Below, piece after piece: positions 40,901 through 53,548 of a stretch of 64,000 nucleotides of DNA. Position 1 is the first letter of the stretch. Each line of letters opens with the position of its first letter. Under the pieces are notes generated by a model. That model made no database searches. It saw only the letters and a list, made by a program, of their open reading frames with translations, and was not told the DNA's origin. Source of the stretch: Balanoglossus misakiensis (Eukaryota; Animalia; Hemichordata). The stretch covers positions 6,494,303 to 6,558,302 of the forward strand of contig CM082582.2 of assembly GCA_040954595.2 (NCBI GenBank), given 5' to 3'. The translations under genes were made by a program, and so were the position numbers.

Positions 40901-43642
40901 GGGACTGGGCTTGTTTCGATCTCAATGTAACAGACTCTCAGCTTTCAGATCAGGAACCCCCTTTGTCCCCTCTCCCCCTCCCACTCAGTAAACTACCAAC
41001 TTACTTGATGTCTTGCCAGGTAACTGTTTTTTTTTGCCCTTCATAGGTGTACTTGACAACTGACTTTTAGAAAAAAAAAATAACATTTCATTTTACATGC
41101 ATTTTGTATCTTGCAGTGTATAGGTTGGACTTGGTATCTGGCCAACGATTGGCAATTCTATATCATTTCGCCACTGATAATCTTACCCCTGTTCAAGTGA
41201 GTTCACTTTTCATCTCTCCCAAGCAAGCAGTCTTCTGTCTGAGTCTGGTTCAGTAACCACGTCAGTACTCCACTTCGGAGTGGTACATGGCACTTCTCAA
41301 TTTGCCCTGACTTGTCCATTGTCAGATGATTTTCACTGCAGCCATCGTGAGAAAACGTCCTCACCTTTGTTATCTATCCATGCTCTTCGCAGGTCCACCG
41401 TGGTTGGTTTGGGAATTCTGTCGTTTCTGTTAGTGGCTTCGTTCGCGGCCACTGGTGCAATAATGGGCCATTATGGCTTCCTTGTGGACTTCATCCAAAC
41501 TCAGGGAACTACAGGAGCGTAAGTCATAAAAGTCAAGAATATTTGTTTTTGAAACGAAATGGTACATGTTTTCTTTAGTCATTTAGTGATATTAGCGGAT
41601 AATTTCTATGGTTCTGAAATGCCCAAGCAACTAGTCATGATGTTTTCCTGTTATTGTACTTACCTATGCAGAGAAAAACTTGGCCAGCTTACAAGCCAAT
41701 CATCACTGAGGCTCATAGTACAATAGCCAATCGCAGCAGTGTATGATAATTAACTAAGCAAATGACTACCGGTACAAGGAATTGGCCTACATGTACCTGA
41801 TACTGCCTGGGAATGTAGCATTTTCGCACTCTGAAATGTACATCATGCAGAATATACCAGATGGACTACGGTATATACAAATCTGATGTCAGCCAATCAG
41901 TGGTCATTGTGCGATTATGGGCAGTGCAGGCGGCAAATGCATTGCAGTTCACACCGTGAAGATGGTTCAGATATTATTTCCTCAAAAAAAAAACATTGAA
42001 AAACTGATTTCTCTCCACAGCCTGAACAACAATGCAAATTACACAGATTATGTTTACATCAAACCCTACTGCCGCATTGCTCCGTACCTGGTTGGCATGG
42101 TGACGGGATACCTTCTGCAGCAGATGAGAACCAACAAAATCAGAATCTCGATTTCACCTGTAAGTAAACCAGGCTTTCCTTCTACCCTTTTTGTATTAAT
42201 TTGGGAGGTTGAATGTGAAGTGGTGTACCAACCACAGAGATCGCCGTACCTACCTTAGAAATCACTATGCCTATCATATGCAGTAGAACACAAAGCATAG
42301 AACCACCACCATATTTACCATACTTTACAAATTTGTTTCCACTGCTACAAATTTGTGACCAATTCACCGGCCTGCCAGATTTATAGACGAACACAAATTG
42401 CATGCTCTCATTTTCATTTCACTTGTCTCTCTATTCTGACTCTAGGTTTGGGCCGCACTGGCCTGGGCTGTGTCCACAGCCATTGGCATCTCTGTGGTCT
42501 ACGGCCTGTACGGCACTGCGCACGGACACGAGTTAACTCAAGCTGGTAACATCATGTACGCCATGTTCAGTAGATTCGCCTGGGGTTTAGCCCTGGCGTG
42601 GGTTGTGTTTGCGTGTCAGCATGGACTTTCAGGTGAGGCTCTATCCAGTGCCATTATGGACATCCATTTCTTGCTCGATCCAGATTTCACGATAGTTGTA
42701 ACCTCATCATGAATATTCATCCCCCCCCCCCCCCCCTGTGTGTTTTCATGAAAGTCTGCCACTCACAATTTTTCCTCAGAGTCTTGAAATCCGATAGTTA
42801 CCAAGGAGTTTGTCGGCCATTTTGAATTTCTAATATGGTCAATTTGGTAACAGTTATACTTGTGGTCATCAGCTATATTTTTTTAATTTTTCACAAAATA
42901 ATAGAGTTTATTTGCTATATGACCAGCATTGTGTTACTGATTACGTATTGATTGATGCTTTAGGAAATTCACTGTGAAAATCAAGTCGACCCAACCATCT
43001 AGTGAAAGCGACTTTTTTGACACGATTTCATCATCTCTGTACCTACAGGAGCTGTCAATGATATATTGTCTTGGAGTTTCTGGATCCCATTGAGTCGTCT
43101 GACATACACAGCGTATCTTTTACATCCCTTGGTCTTAAACTTCATGGTATTCCAGTTTGCCTCGCCAGCTCACTTCAAAACCAACATAATCGTAAGTTTT
43201 TACCTCTCAGTACTTCCTTCTCAATACTCACTACTTTCTGTGTATGTTGTGGCGAGTATTTTGGATGCAGATAACATATGCGGCAGTGTTTCACTACCAA
43301 CATCCTTTTGACCATGTATTTAGCAACCTTATAATTATGATAGTGTGTTTGTAATGTAATGTTAGGTTTAAACTGTCTGTGTGTTCACACCATGCAATGT
43401 GCTGCAGTGGATAGAGTAAGTGCAGCAATTTTGCAATTATTACAAGATAACAATATTTACAATTGTCTCTCCAGGCCTTCAATTTTGTTGGTGTTGCTGT
43501 TGTCTCCTACGCAGTTGGTCTCCTCTTGTCCATGGCGGTGGAATTTCCGACAGCGAATCTGGAAAAATTCCTGGAAAAGAGGATAACCTGCGTCTGTTGT
43601 AAAAAGTCGCCACCAAACAACAATGGACAACTTCAACAATAG
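36823..43642 (+). CDS. NRF-6 / O-acyltransferase-like (NRF domain + acyltransferase-3) membrane protein, 15 exons
   Basis: Exons ~36823(or 36859)-37072, 37455-37597, 38103-38187, 38411-38507, 39001-39221, 39531-39701, 40095-40188, 40387-40479, 40699-40867, 41116-41196, 41393-41518, 42021-42159, 42446-42632, 43049-43191, 43475-43642. Motifs MVDASGK..GNMAWLGSFELC (NRF), LHGIRVLSMLWVILGH, SVDSFFFLSG, HRYWRLTP, WTWYLANDWQFY, YIKPYCR, PLSRLTYTAYLLHP, VEFP. Confidence 0.92.
37894..37931. repeat. (GT)n plus poly-G tract
   Basis: Direct reading, intronic. Confidence 0.85.
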
Positions 43643-44154
43643 AGTGCAATGCAAACTCTTTCTTAATTGTAAAATATATATAAAGAGGATATTTTGTAGA
43701 TTTTGTTTGTTACATTTCTGATTTTACTATAAATTTCAAAGCAGGGTTTTTCTCCGTTTCATAAATTCATTGTTTTTATTTTAATCAAGAAAAAAATGTA
43801 TACAGAGATATGCTTTTGTATTGTAAATGTAAACTACTTGAAATATAAAATAAATTTTATATCAGTGATAAAATAATGACTAATGTCGTTACTGGGCCAA
43901 GGGAATGGGGTGACTAATACCGTTACACAAACAAGGGTATGGGGTGATTTACAAATTAAACACACTGGCCTTGCGTTTTTTGAGGAAGTGGGGGTTTATG
44001 GACTATCATATCAGTTTATGCAGGCTTTACTGAAAATAGCATGGGGAAGTCAAGATATGTATAAAAACAATACTGTTCGAAGATATCACTTGTGATGCGT
44101 CCTGCAGTGCAACCACGGAGTTAAGCACGCCTCCAGTTGTGCATCTCTCGGGTG

Positions 44155-44162
44155 TGACGTCA
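44155..44162 (+). promoter_or_regulatory. Canonical CRE (TGACGTCA) upstream of the ML-domain gene
   Basis: Perfect palindrome ~110 bp upstream of the ATG at 44273. Motif match only. Confidence 0.35.
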
Positions 44163-44272
44163 GTGGTGCGCGCATCACCTGGGGTCACAACGCGTGACCT
44201 TTGCTGCGACACTGGCCTCACCTGAATACACACACGTTCTTGAGATCTTTACAAACTAGAAGCACTCGCAAA

Positions 44273-46817
44273 ATGGCACTCGCGTGGTTCATATTCTGTC
44301 TGACATTAGTGGCCCGTGTCGCGGCTGACGACATGGAAGTTTTCGTCGACAGACAGGTGCTGCATGAACCGACAGGGTTTATATTCGGCCCGTTTTCGAT
44401 ACGGAAAGAATCCCCGGACACCACTGTCGCAGAGACGGGGCGGAAACAAGAGTTCAAAAATTGCGGTAAGTAAAAACTCCGCTGGCTTTTCAATATCCGT
44501 TTTGTTTCCGCTTCTGAGAGTCAATGATCATCAGGTGTTCGCTCAATGTCAGGACTTTCGGCGTTCCCGATAATGTCATATTTGGCCATAAAACGAATCC
44601 GTGATAGGCAGAAATTATTGTTGTGAAAGTAATAGAAGCTGACCAGTATTAGGTTACGCATATTTTAGCGCACACGCGGAAGTAAAAAGTAAAAAATATC
44701 TCCAGTACATTTGCCGTGTACCCAACATGTATCCGACGTAAATGTGAACAGCAAACACTAATCTGAGCCACAGGGCCTACGAGCACATAAAAAACGAGGA
44801 AGGGTCGAGCAACCCCATGGACCACTCCCAGACGAAAGAGTATCAAACTTCAAGCCGAATGTCGTAACCTAGCTACGAGAATAGATATTTCGGGCGCCGC
44901 ACAATCGTAACATCCCGGTAACTGCTTTACAAGTAAGGAATGTCGATCGCACCATCTGCAGATATATGGATTCAAGGAAAAAAATCTGTTGATGATGAGC
45001 AGAATAACATGAAAATATATATAAAAAGAGATTAAAATACTAACTAAAGTAATCCAATGGCCAAATGGTGACAAATGAGCGACTTTTCCGTTTAAAACAT
45101 TCGTAGCCTCGTATTATGAAAGTGAAATCAAGCCACAACATTGGTAGTTTCCAATCCCCTGGAAGTGGTTAATTTGCCGGCCGTCGAACGTCCCCGACAA
45201 TTTGCTCACCGATCTTGTGTATTTTGGTTACCTTTCGTATTTCAGGCGGCAAAGCGCAGGAGTTCCAGTATGGATGGACACCCAAAGGACCGCTGAAGAT
45301 TGGACAGGCTTACAATTTTTCGTTCGATGCTACGGCAGGTAAAACACATCCACTCAATCTAGCGAGTAGAACAAGAATCAGTAGTTGTTGAATAGAAGAA
45401 AAACAGTGAAATATAGTAATCATCAAAGGTCCCTTTAAAAGTTGAAGTTGTCTTCTAAATCTGGTTTGAGGTGCCGTTGGGGGCGCTTTGACGCGCGACG
45501 ATCTCAAACTGTCCTCTGACAAATTTCATAAATTTGTCAGTGCGTATCTCGAAAAGCTAATGTTTTTTCTGACGGAACCTTTATTTTTTTTATTGGAACA
45601 CAATATGATTTCACAGCCTATGACATGGCGACTGGAACAGCCCATCCTGTAGTCTACTTCAATGAATATCTTATTTTCGATTCGATCGTGCGGTTCTGTC
45701 AGTTGATCCCGAAGGAGTACAAAGTGTGCCCTATCAAGAAAGGAGGTTAGTAATCGGCATCTTTCTGAATAGCGAAATCATAACTCTTGTCTTTTTGCCT
45801 AAAGGTGTGAAAAAAGAAATTTTCAATTGGAATAGAAATGACTTAAGTGCAGTATATAGTAATCATTGTTACAGAAAATAGGAGAAAAATACGTTATTGT
45901 GGGGTATTTGAACAAAAAAACAACATAATTTGGCATAATTAAATATTTATGGTGACATTACCATAAATCTGCATTGTTACATTTTTCATGACAAATTTGT
46001 AGGGTAATGTGATCATAATGATATTTTATTATGCAAATCTATGGTAATTTAGTCTACAGTGAATCGGACTGGTATGGTATATACTAACGTTGAATAACAT
46101 ATTTCACGGTAGCTGATGTAAAAGAAGAACTATAGGGTCGTATATATTGGGCTGTAGCAGAAGAAGGATAAGTCTTCTAGTGCGCATGCACCAGTGCACC
46201 AGACGAAATGTCAGAGCGCATATGATGGTTTTTAATACCATCAAACGCTTACTTTCTTTTCCCTCCATTTTTTCTGTAGAGAAATTGCATGTCATGGCTG
46301 AAGTTACGCTCAAAGGAAAATACGTTGAGGCGGTAAGTATCTTACAGTGCTCCGCTTTGAAATTATCGCCAACATTTTGGATTTTAGAAAGGACGCAAGA
46401 AATATTAGGCATTTGCATGATTCGACGGGCAACGTAAATTTCAAAATGGTAGAGATATAAAATCGGTATGTAAATCCTGGACGCTCGGTTTCACGGGGGG
46501 GGGGGGTGAAATGCCTTTAGTGCGCGTAATTATTCACCAAAATTAAACTAAGCACTAAAACCCTGTTTTTGGATTGTTTTCTTGTAAATCCAGATTGGAT
46601 GAATTGTCTTCAACTTGGGTGGGGTTCAGAAGGAATGGGTCTAAACAAAAAATCAGAGTGGTAGATGAACCAAGCCCAGCCTAGAATGATGATGTTTAAA
46701 ACCAGAGATATTTCTGTTTACTTCTGAACACAGGGGCGTTACCATGGTAACGCGACAGTCTCGAACGAGAAAGGACAGGAGATGTTATGCGTCGTCGGTG
46801 ACGTCACACTGAGTTAG
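44273..46817 (+). CDS. Secreted ML-domain (MD-2-related lipid recognition, NPC2/PG-PI-TP-like) protein, 183 aa, 5 exons
   Basis: Exons 44273-44465, 45246-45338, 45617-45745, 46280-46332, 46734-46817 (552 nt, phases match). Signal peptide MALAWFIFCLTLVARVAA; ML-like motifs FKNCG, CPIKKGE, GRY, terminal beta-strand EMLCVVGDVTL. Confidence 0.8.
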
Positions 46818-47089
46818 GCTCTGCAGATGTGAGAAAACATGTACTTGAAGCAACCTAATACAAAAATCACAACGTGTTCCTGGACTCAACTCTATGCACA
46901 AAAAGTTTACCGAATGAAAAAAGACATTTTCTGCGACATAATTGCTTACTTGTGTATTTTGTACTTATAACAGTCTTTTGGGGCTGCCATGCATGTGGTT
47001 TGTTGCGTTGTTGTACATATATTGCTAGTTTCATATTGACATTGAACCTTCTCGCCAAGGTCATTGTTAACGTTTACCTAGTGCTCTTA

Positions 47090-47371
47090 AATGACGTTGA
47101 ATCCAGACTGTGGGGAGTCCTTTTAAAAATTAAAATGAAAACAGGGTGTTCAGCGTCTTGTTTTCATAAAAATCACGACTTTATATTTTATCCATGTGAG
47201 AGATTGACGGCCATTTTGAACTTCAAAATTCAGACAATTTTGCTTCTATCATTAAATAATTAGGACACTGACCCCCAGTTCATTCTCAATTTTAAGAGAG
47301 AACAGTTTTCTTGAGCAAAATACGAGGAAAGGTTTAAGACATAGATTTTGTTAAGGCGCATTCTACTTTAA
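47090..47371. mobile_element. Degenerate non-autonomous DNA-element fragment ending ...GCGCATTCTACT|TTAA
   Basis: The end segment TTGAGCAAAA..GAAA.GTTTAAGAC..GGCGCAT recurs at ~9980-10037 and ~36150-36202, and an internal GGCCATTTTGAA segment recurs at ~42815. A TTAA flank suggests a Kolobok/piggyBac-like target; family not established. Confidence 0.45.
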
Positions 47372-47827
47372 TGTCTAAAAGGTTAAACGAGGGTGACGAA
47401 GATGAATAGTTCTGTTATTTTACTGTCAAATTTTCCTTTGGGAGAAGTTATAGCCCGCAATTATGATTTCTAGGTTAGTACTATTGTTTTGCGCAACCGG
47501 ACCGCACGTTATTAATGGCAATGAGGATCCTGACCACTGGCATTATAACCTCTGCAGGGGGGTATACCACTATAGTGGAATAGCACTCGGTGACTGTTGC
47601 CGGTACCCGCTACCTCCCCGATGTACATCATTTGCGACGGTTGGTGTATCATTATAATTCTCAGGGTATTTTGGTCTCGGTTTAGATGTAAGGAAGAGTC
47701 GACCAGTGCTTGATTAAGGTTCGCTGCGGTCCCCGAGCCTTGCAATATCCTTCGGCTACTCTCTTTTTTGAGCAGGACAAGTCTAGAAAAGAGGAAGTTG
47801 ATAAGCCCATCGATATTTAAAGTCATA

Positions 47828-50800
47828 ATGTCTGGAAACTGGAGTCATCACGGTGCAACGGGTAAGATGTGTTACTCGTATCGAAAATCCACCTAAATGA
47901 AAAGATCGGGCGAGTTTCATGCGAACGACGCGACAGAATCAATATTTTAGAAGAAGTTACGCAAGTTTATGTATATCCTTCCCCCAGTATAATGACACTC
48001 CATCTATATACATTGTATGCTTTAGTGGTCGCGTCAACAGCGCTATATGAGTTGTATTTTTACGTTTCGAGTGTATGATCACTGTGGACTTCATCCTAGT
48101 AAAACGTGTCCTGAATTTGCGTCTAATTAATCACTTTATGTCTGCTGCATAGTACTTATAATGCTCCGAATTTTCTGCGACGAATATCTTCAACCTACAT
48201 GTCTTTATTACGGCGCTAAACTCTTGCTGATCACGTTCTCAGCTCGGCAAACCGTCACATAATACGATTATTGTGCGGGCGACAATCGATCGGATTTGTG
48301 AAAGTGTTCGGCTGGCCACAAACAAGACGCGCACGTAAATACAAGTAAAGCCTGTGTAAACTGAAACGTTGTATAAAGTTCACAGGCCTGGTAAATACGG
48401 TGCCGTAATACCAAAAGTGTTTGTCCTGATTCTGATCGTAACTCTGCACCCAGGTACATATATGTTACTGGAGTCCCAATATTTATATAACTGACCGTTT
48501 AAACACTCCTTGGTCGGTGACGCATTCCAGTAAAAAGTTACGTACGCGTTTTATACTAAAGCAAAGGCGACGGACGTGTTCACTCCAAATACAACTAGGC
48601 CCATAACTTTGTCTTGTTGTACAGATTACAACTAGCGAATTCATACATTTAAATATTTCCGGGGTTTCAAGGGTGATTTGTTTTATATCCAGGTTCAAGA
48701 ACCACTCTCACATCGAAACATCCTAGCTGGTAGGCATTTCCCGCTCACAGGGATCGTTAGCTCCATCACAATCTCCCTGTATAGCGAACTTATTTTTCGG
48801 AGGGAAGAGATCTTAGCGGGCGACGATGTCTAACTGGTAATACCTATGCTCAAGAATAAAAATAAAACTTTGCACAAAGCAACGCGTCAGTAACTGCGTA
48901 TATCAACCGAATCTGGTAAAACTTACAGTGAATTCAGGGCAATTGTCAAGCCATAAATTTGCGCTGGGCATTTGTTATCCCTTTATGTTGAGAATCGGGG
49001 TCAACGGGTCACCTTTAAGAGTGCATTGTTTATGGGAAGCGAATGCCAGGCCAGAGCAAGGGAAATAAATTTGATCCTGTGTGCGACGACACGCACAGAA
49101 AGAATAGCCCCGTACAAAACAATGTACTGAGGAGTGAACTCACAATCCCATCAGTGAAATCTCAGGGCGAGGGCCGACCCATTTTATAATAAGTAAAATT
49201 TTGAACGAATGAAAAAAGAAAGCGAGGAATAAGACCGCGAACACTGGAGATGTAGACGTCTTGAAACAAAAGCCCTCGAGTCTTGAACGGACTTGCGTTG
49301 TGTGATTCTTACTGGTAAAACCCATGCATCTCCCTCTCAATTTATCACTCGAGGTCAGTATTAATTGAAATAAAGCAGACTTGAATAGTTTGCCTGCCAG
49401 GGACTGAAAACGGTATTCATATATCGCCATTGTAATATGTTTGTGATGATGATCATTTAAGTAAGAGAAGCCATTAGGTATTCTGATACGATATTAAATG
49501 TGTCGCTTTATAATGTAACAGTAGTCTAGTTTACATATATAGCCATTAATGAGTAAAGGGAGGTATGTCTTGTTGTTATGACCATCTAGTGGCGAATATT
49601 TATGCGTGGCTACCCCAGTGAAACTCTATGATTGGTTGGATTTTCACGGGTATTTTTCCATGGTAAATGTGCTTAAGTTTGCTCAGGTAATCATGTATTC
49701 GCCTGAAAATGAATCCGCTTATTGTGAATTGATTATGAGAAATTACAAACCTGTATCAATGTAACAGCATCACGTTTGTTATGTCAGTATCATATTCGTT
49801 GGCATAGACTGCTTCATTACCATAAAACTGTCAGGTTGATTTTTTATTCACATCATTACGTAATAGAATTGAATTGCCACAACTCTTCCGAGGCCTCGAT
49901 GCAAATGAGCGAATTTACCACAGAGACAATTTTACTGGTACATTATTTCTCCAATTACCATATTGTTTCGATAAATTGGCCAGATTGTTTCAGTTATGAC
50001 GTTAGGCTAAATATGCTATCAACGAACGTTTGCACAACCAACACACAATTACCACCTATTGTACATGTTATTATGTACTAGAGAAAACAATAACGGGGAA
50101 TTCATCTGAGCCTCATTACATTAAATTTACATTTTGACGATTTTATTCTATCGCCTGAGGTAGGTCCGAAGCATTGGCCTGAAATGTTTCCCGATGCCGG
50201 TGGTCAAAGGCAGTCACCCATCGATATAGTCACCGAAAACGCCAAATATGAACCGGCGCTGGGTGCGCTCTCGTACAACTACAGCCCATCCGACAAGAAT
50301 CGCATCAGCAACACTGGCCACTCGTTCAACGTGTCCGTGGATGGACGAGATTCACGTAAGTACACGCGAGAATCATGGAATGTGATACTGTCGGACGACT
50401 GGTGACTTCGACCTATCCTTTCTGGCAGAAATAAATATTTCCCAGTCATTCGCTCCGCCCAAGTGGTAATTTAAAAGTGCGACCACTGACTGGTTACAAT
50501 ACGATTAAAATTAAAATGCGGATGTAAATCAATCCAGGATGAAATAAAATAGGCAAATTGTTTCAAACTGGCATAAATATCCCTGTGTTTCGCAGTAAAA
50601 TTTTTCGCCAAACTGACATCATGGAAGAAGATGTATGGAGTGTCGTTTCCAATTCTGGAAACACGACACGTAAAATATGTTTACCGTTTAGTCATCTGTG
50701 GGGTGAATCCATCAAACCTAACACAAAGCAAAGCTTTTACTACTTTTGTATATTACGAAGGTTAAAATTGAATTATAAAAGAACAAACAGCTAAACATTA

Positions 50801-53122
50801 AACGCATACACCACATAATTCATGTTTGGCTCTGTCTATTTTTAGTTCTAACTGGAGGTCCATTGGAACACAAGTACAAACTGGACGGTTTCCATGCTCA
50901 CTGGGGGTCCGAAGACGCAATCGGTTCTGAGCACACATTTGATGGCGCATCTTACGCTGCAGAAGTAAGGCATATACATGTATACTCACTTAAAGGGGAA
51001 GCATCGTCTGAATTGCACATGCGCGACGTTTTTTGTTGCAAATATCCAGTTGTCTACAATCATTAAATTAATTTGTCTGGCTAACGTAGCTATAAAACAT
51101 ACCAAGGGCAAATTTGATAGTGTAAACTATATTGTGTACTAAAATCGATAATATCGCCATCTGACACGTACGCAAGAGCGATACCGAATCCGGTCTCATA
51201 ATATCTCGTCTTTGGCTGTCATTGATCGTTACTCTTTTACGCAGACTACAACAATGATCAAACATGAGAACCTTAATGCATTTCTTGATAAGAAAGATAA
51301 ATATTGCACAGGACACTCACTCTTAAAGCTGTTGCAATAATTCTACACCACTGTTCTGTTGTCAGCTCCACTTGGTGCATTGGAACAGCGACCTCTATAG
51401 CACAATTGCCGAAGCTGTGTCGAAGAAACAAGGACTGGCGGTCTTGGGGATACTGATATCGGTAAATCTCATCTCTGAAATGCTTAGCTGTAGTACATCT
51501 CACTGTTTGGAAATGAAATTGCTTAACAGGGTCGCAGAGCAATAGCAGTTAACGGAAACAAACATGCGCATAACCTTTCACATACATGTACTGTTAACTG
51601 CATCGCATTACGAGATTTGAGTACAGTATCTGCAATTTCAGGATTATTGAAAACCTGTGATAAAACCCAAAATGTTTATTCATTGGCAGGTTGGCAAAGA
51701 GAACCCTGTATGGAAGACTCTGCTTGGACAGTTCCCCAAAATACAATATAAGGTATGGTTTCTTCTGCATGCAGGTATTGTTTTTCAGTCAAGTCTAAAT
51801 ACGAGTAAGACACTGAAAGGGCTTTGTGACTTGATGCAAGATGCGATGACAAATTCTTCTACCGAGAAGAACGCAAGACACCAACAAAAGATCTCACATT
51901 GGTTTCGTTATACTTCGATTGGTTTAAATAATACAATCACAAGCCTCCATCTTCTACAACTGCATTACGTTTTATATTGCAAATAATGATGGAATGTATA
52001 ACTTGTATGAAAGTCATGTGCCAACAAAATTATTTTGTTGACAGGGTTCGGAGACTGAAGCGAGCGATGGATTTGATCCTACAACTCTTCTACCGGGTAA
52101 GAATAAACAGAAACATTGGAAAACACTTTAACAAAGAACAAACTAATATTACCACAAGATGAGGGGGTTGCTCAATGGCGAAACCATCTTCCATTTGTAA
52201 TCGTGTACGGACCACTTTCTGCATATGTACGACCGCAATATGATCTTATTCGTCTATGGTATTTTTTTTCATGAATCCACATTTGCTGATACACACTGCC
52301 TTGAAGTCTCGGTCGTGTTGGGGGCGCTGTACGTTAGCATCACCTCAACTAAGCAGTGGTGACGAGTGTTCAAACTCTGCTGAAATGCCTGTCTGTCCCG
52401 ATGTCACGTAATCCTGAGAGGAAAGTCCGCTCCTTGTGGATTATCCCTTGACCGTGACCATCCATGCACAGGTGTAGAGACTGAATCGGGATCATTGAAC
52501 GTAGAAAAAGAGAGTAGTTGACGACAAATCGACTTGGTCAAATTTTCGCGACGATATTTTATTATAACTTGAAAACCTGGGAAATGATTTTTTTTTATTT
52601 CTGTTCAACGCACAGAAAATGTGGCCGACTATTACACCTATCCCGGTTCCCTAACCACGCCCCCATGTTACGAAAGCGTTACCTGGATCGTGTTCAGACA
52701 ACCGGTCGAAATGTCTCCGTCGCAGGTAATGTTTATGCATGATAATAGTAATAGCACGAAGGCAGAACAATCATTTCGCACACAAATGTTGCAAGAATGT
52801 CGCAAAATATCTCGTTCCAGTACCAAAAACACGTGGAAACTGCCTTTATACCCACTACTTAGTCTGGTTCCCTGCCCCAATCCCACCGCTGGCTGCGCTA
52901 CGCTAAAGGGCAGCCAGCGGTGGGATTGGGGCAGGGAACCAGACTAACCCACTACTGTCTCACGATTACACACAATGTATTTTACAGTTGACCAGTTTAC
53001 GAAAGCTGAAGTGCATTGGCCAAAACGAAACACCAAACAGCGATGCCCAGGTATCGATGGTGGACAATTTCAGACCCCCACAGTCAAGCAACGGCAGACA
53101 AGTTCTGAAATCCTTTTGTTAA
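47828..53122 (+). CDS. Cytosolic alpha-carbonic anhydrase (CA II/VII-like), 266 aa, 8 exons
   Basis: Exons 47828-47861, 50164-50355, 50846-50964, 51366-51461, 51690-51752, 52045-52096, 52616-52725, 52988-53122 (801 nt). Motifs QSPIDI, NTGHS (His64), FHAHWG (His94/96), GSEH, ELHLVHWN (His119), [23 protein letters not shown]. No signal peptide. Confidence 0.93.
52860..52946. mobile_element. 87-bp hairpin mini-element with target-site duplication
   Basis: TAGTCTGGTTCCCTGCCCCAATCCCACCGCTGGCTGC-loop-exact reverse complement, flanked on both sides by ACCCACTACT (52850-52859 and 52947-52956). Confidence 0.88.
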
Positions 53123-53548
53123 AGACGGGAGCAGTTACAGTTCTGGGTGGCCAGTCGACGTCCATGGTCTGTTGTGCATACAAATAGAAGTCGTAAGAGA
53201 AGCAGGCGACCTATTGTGTATCGAAAGTAGTCAATGGGTTAGTTTATGGTTAACTAAATTGCCAGATGATAGTTTGCCCATTCTAAAAGGTCAAATGATG
53301 GCAGTTTGTAGTTTTGAGTCAGGACACAAGGATGATTGTACAGCTCGTCAGTTATATATCTGTAACGGCCTTGTTGATCCGTTGAATGTGTATGTATATC
53401 TGTATGTATGTTATACCTGTATCTTGCAGTAATTAGTTATTCAATTATTCATATGACGTAAGAGTACTTACCTGCAATTGGTTGATCGTAATTATATGCA
53501 AACCACCTGGACGTTTCATTGACCAATGAACGCAAGCTAATCTGGCAC

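Noticed and set aside
52285-52510. GC-richer intronic block that could be a SINE fragment or ribozyme
   Set aside because: No clear A/B boxes, TSD, second copy in the window or complete hammerhead core; unresolved without a repeat-library search.
53464-53475. TACTTACCTG, U1 snRNA 5'-end-like
   Set aside because: Downstream sequence does not continue as U1; equivalent to a chance antisense splice-donor motif.
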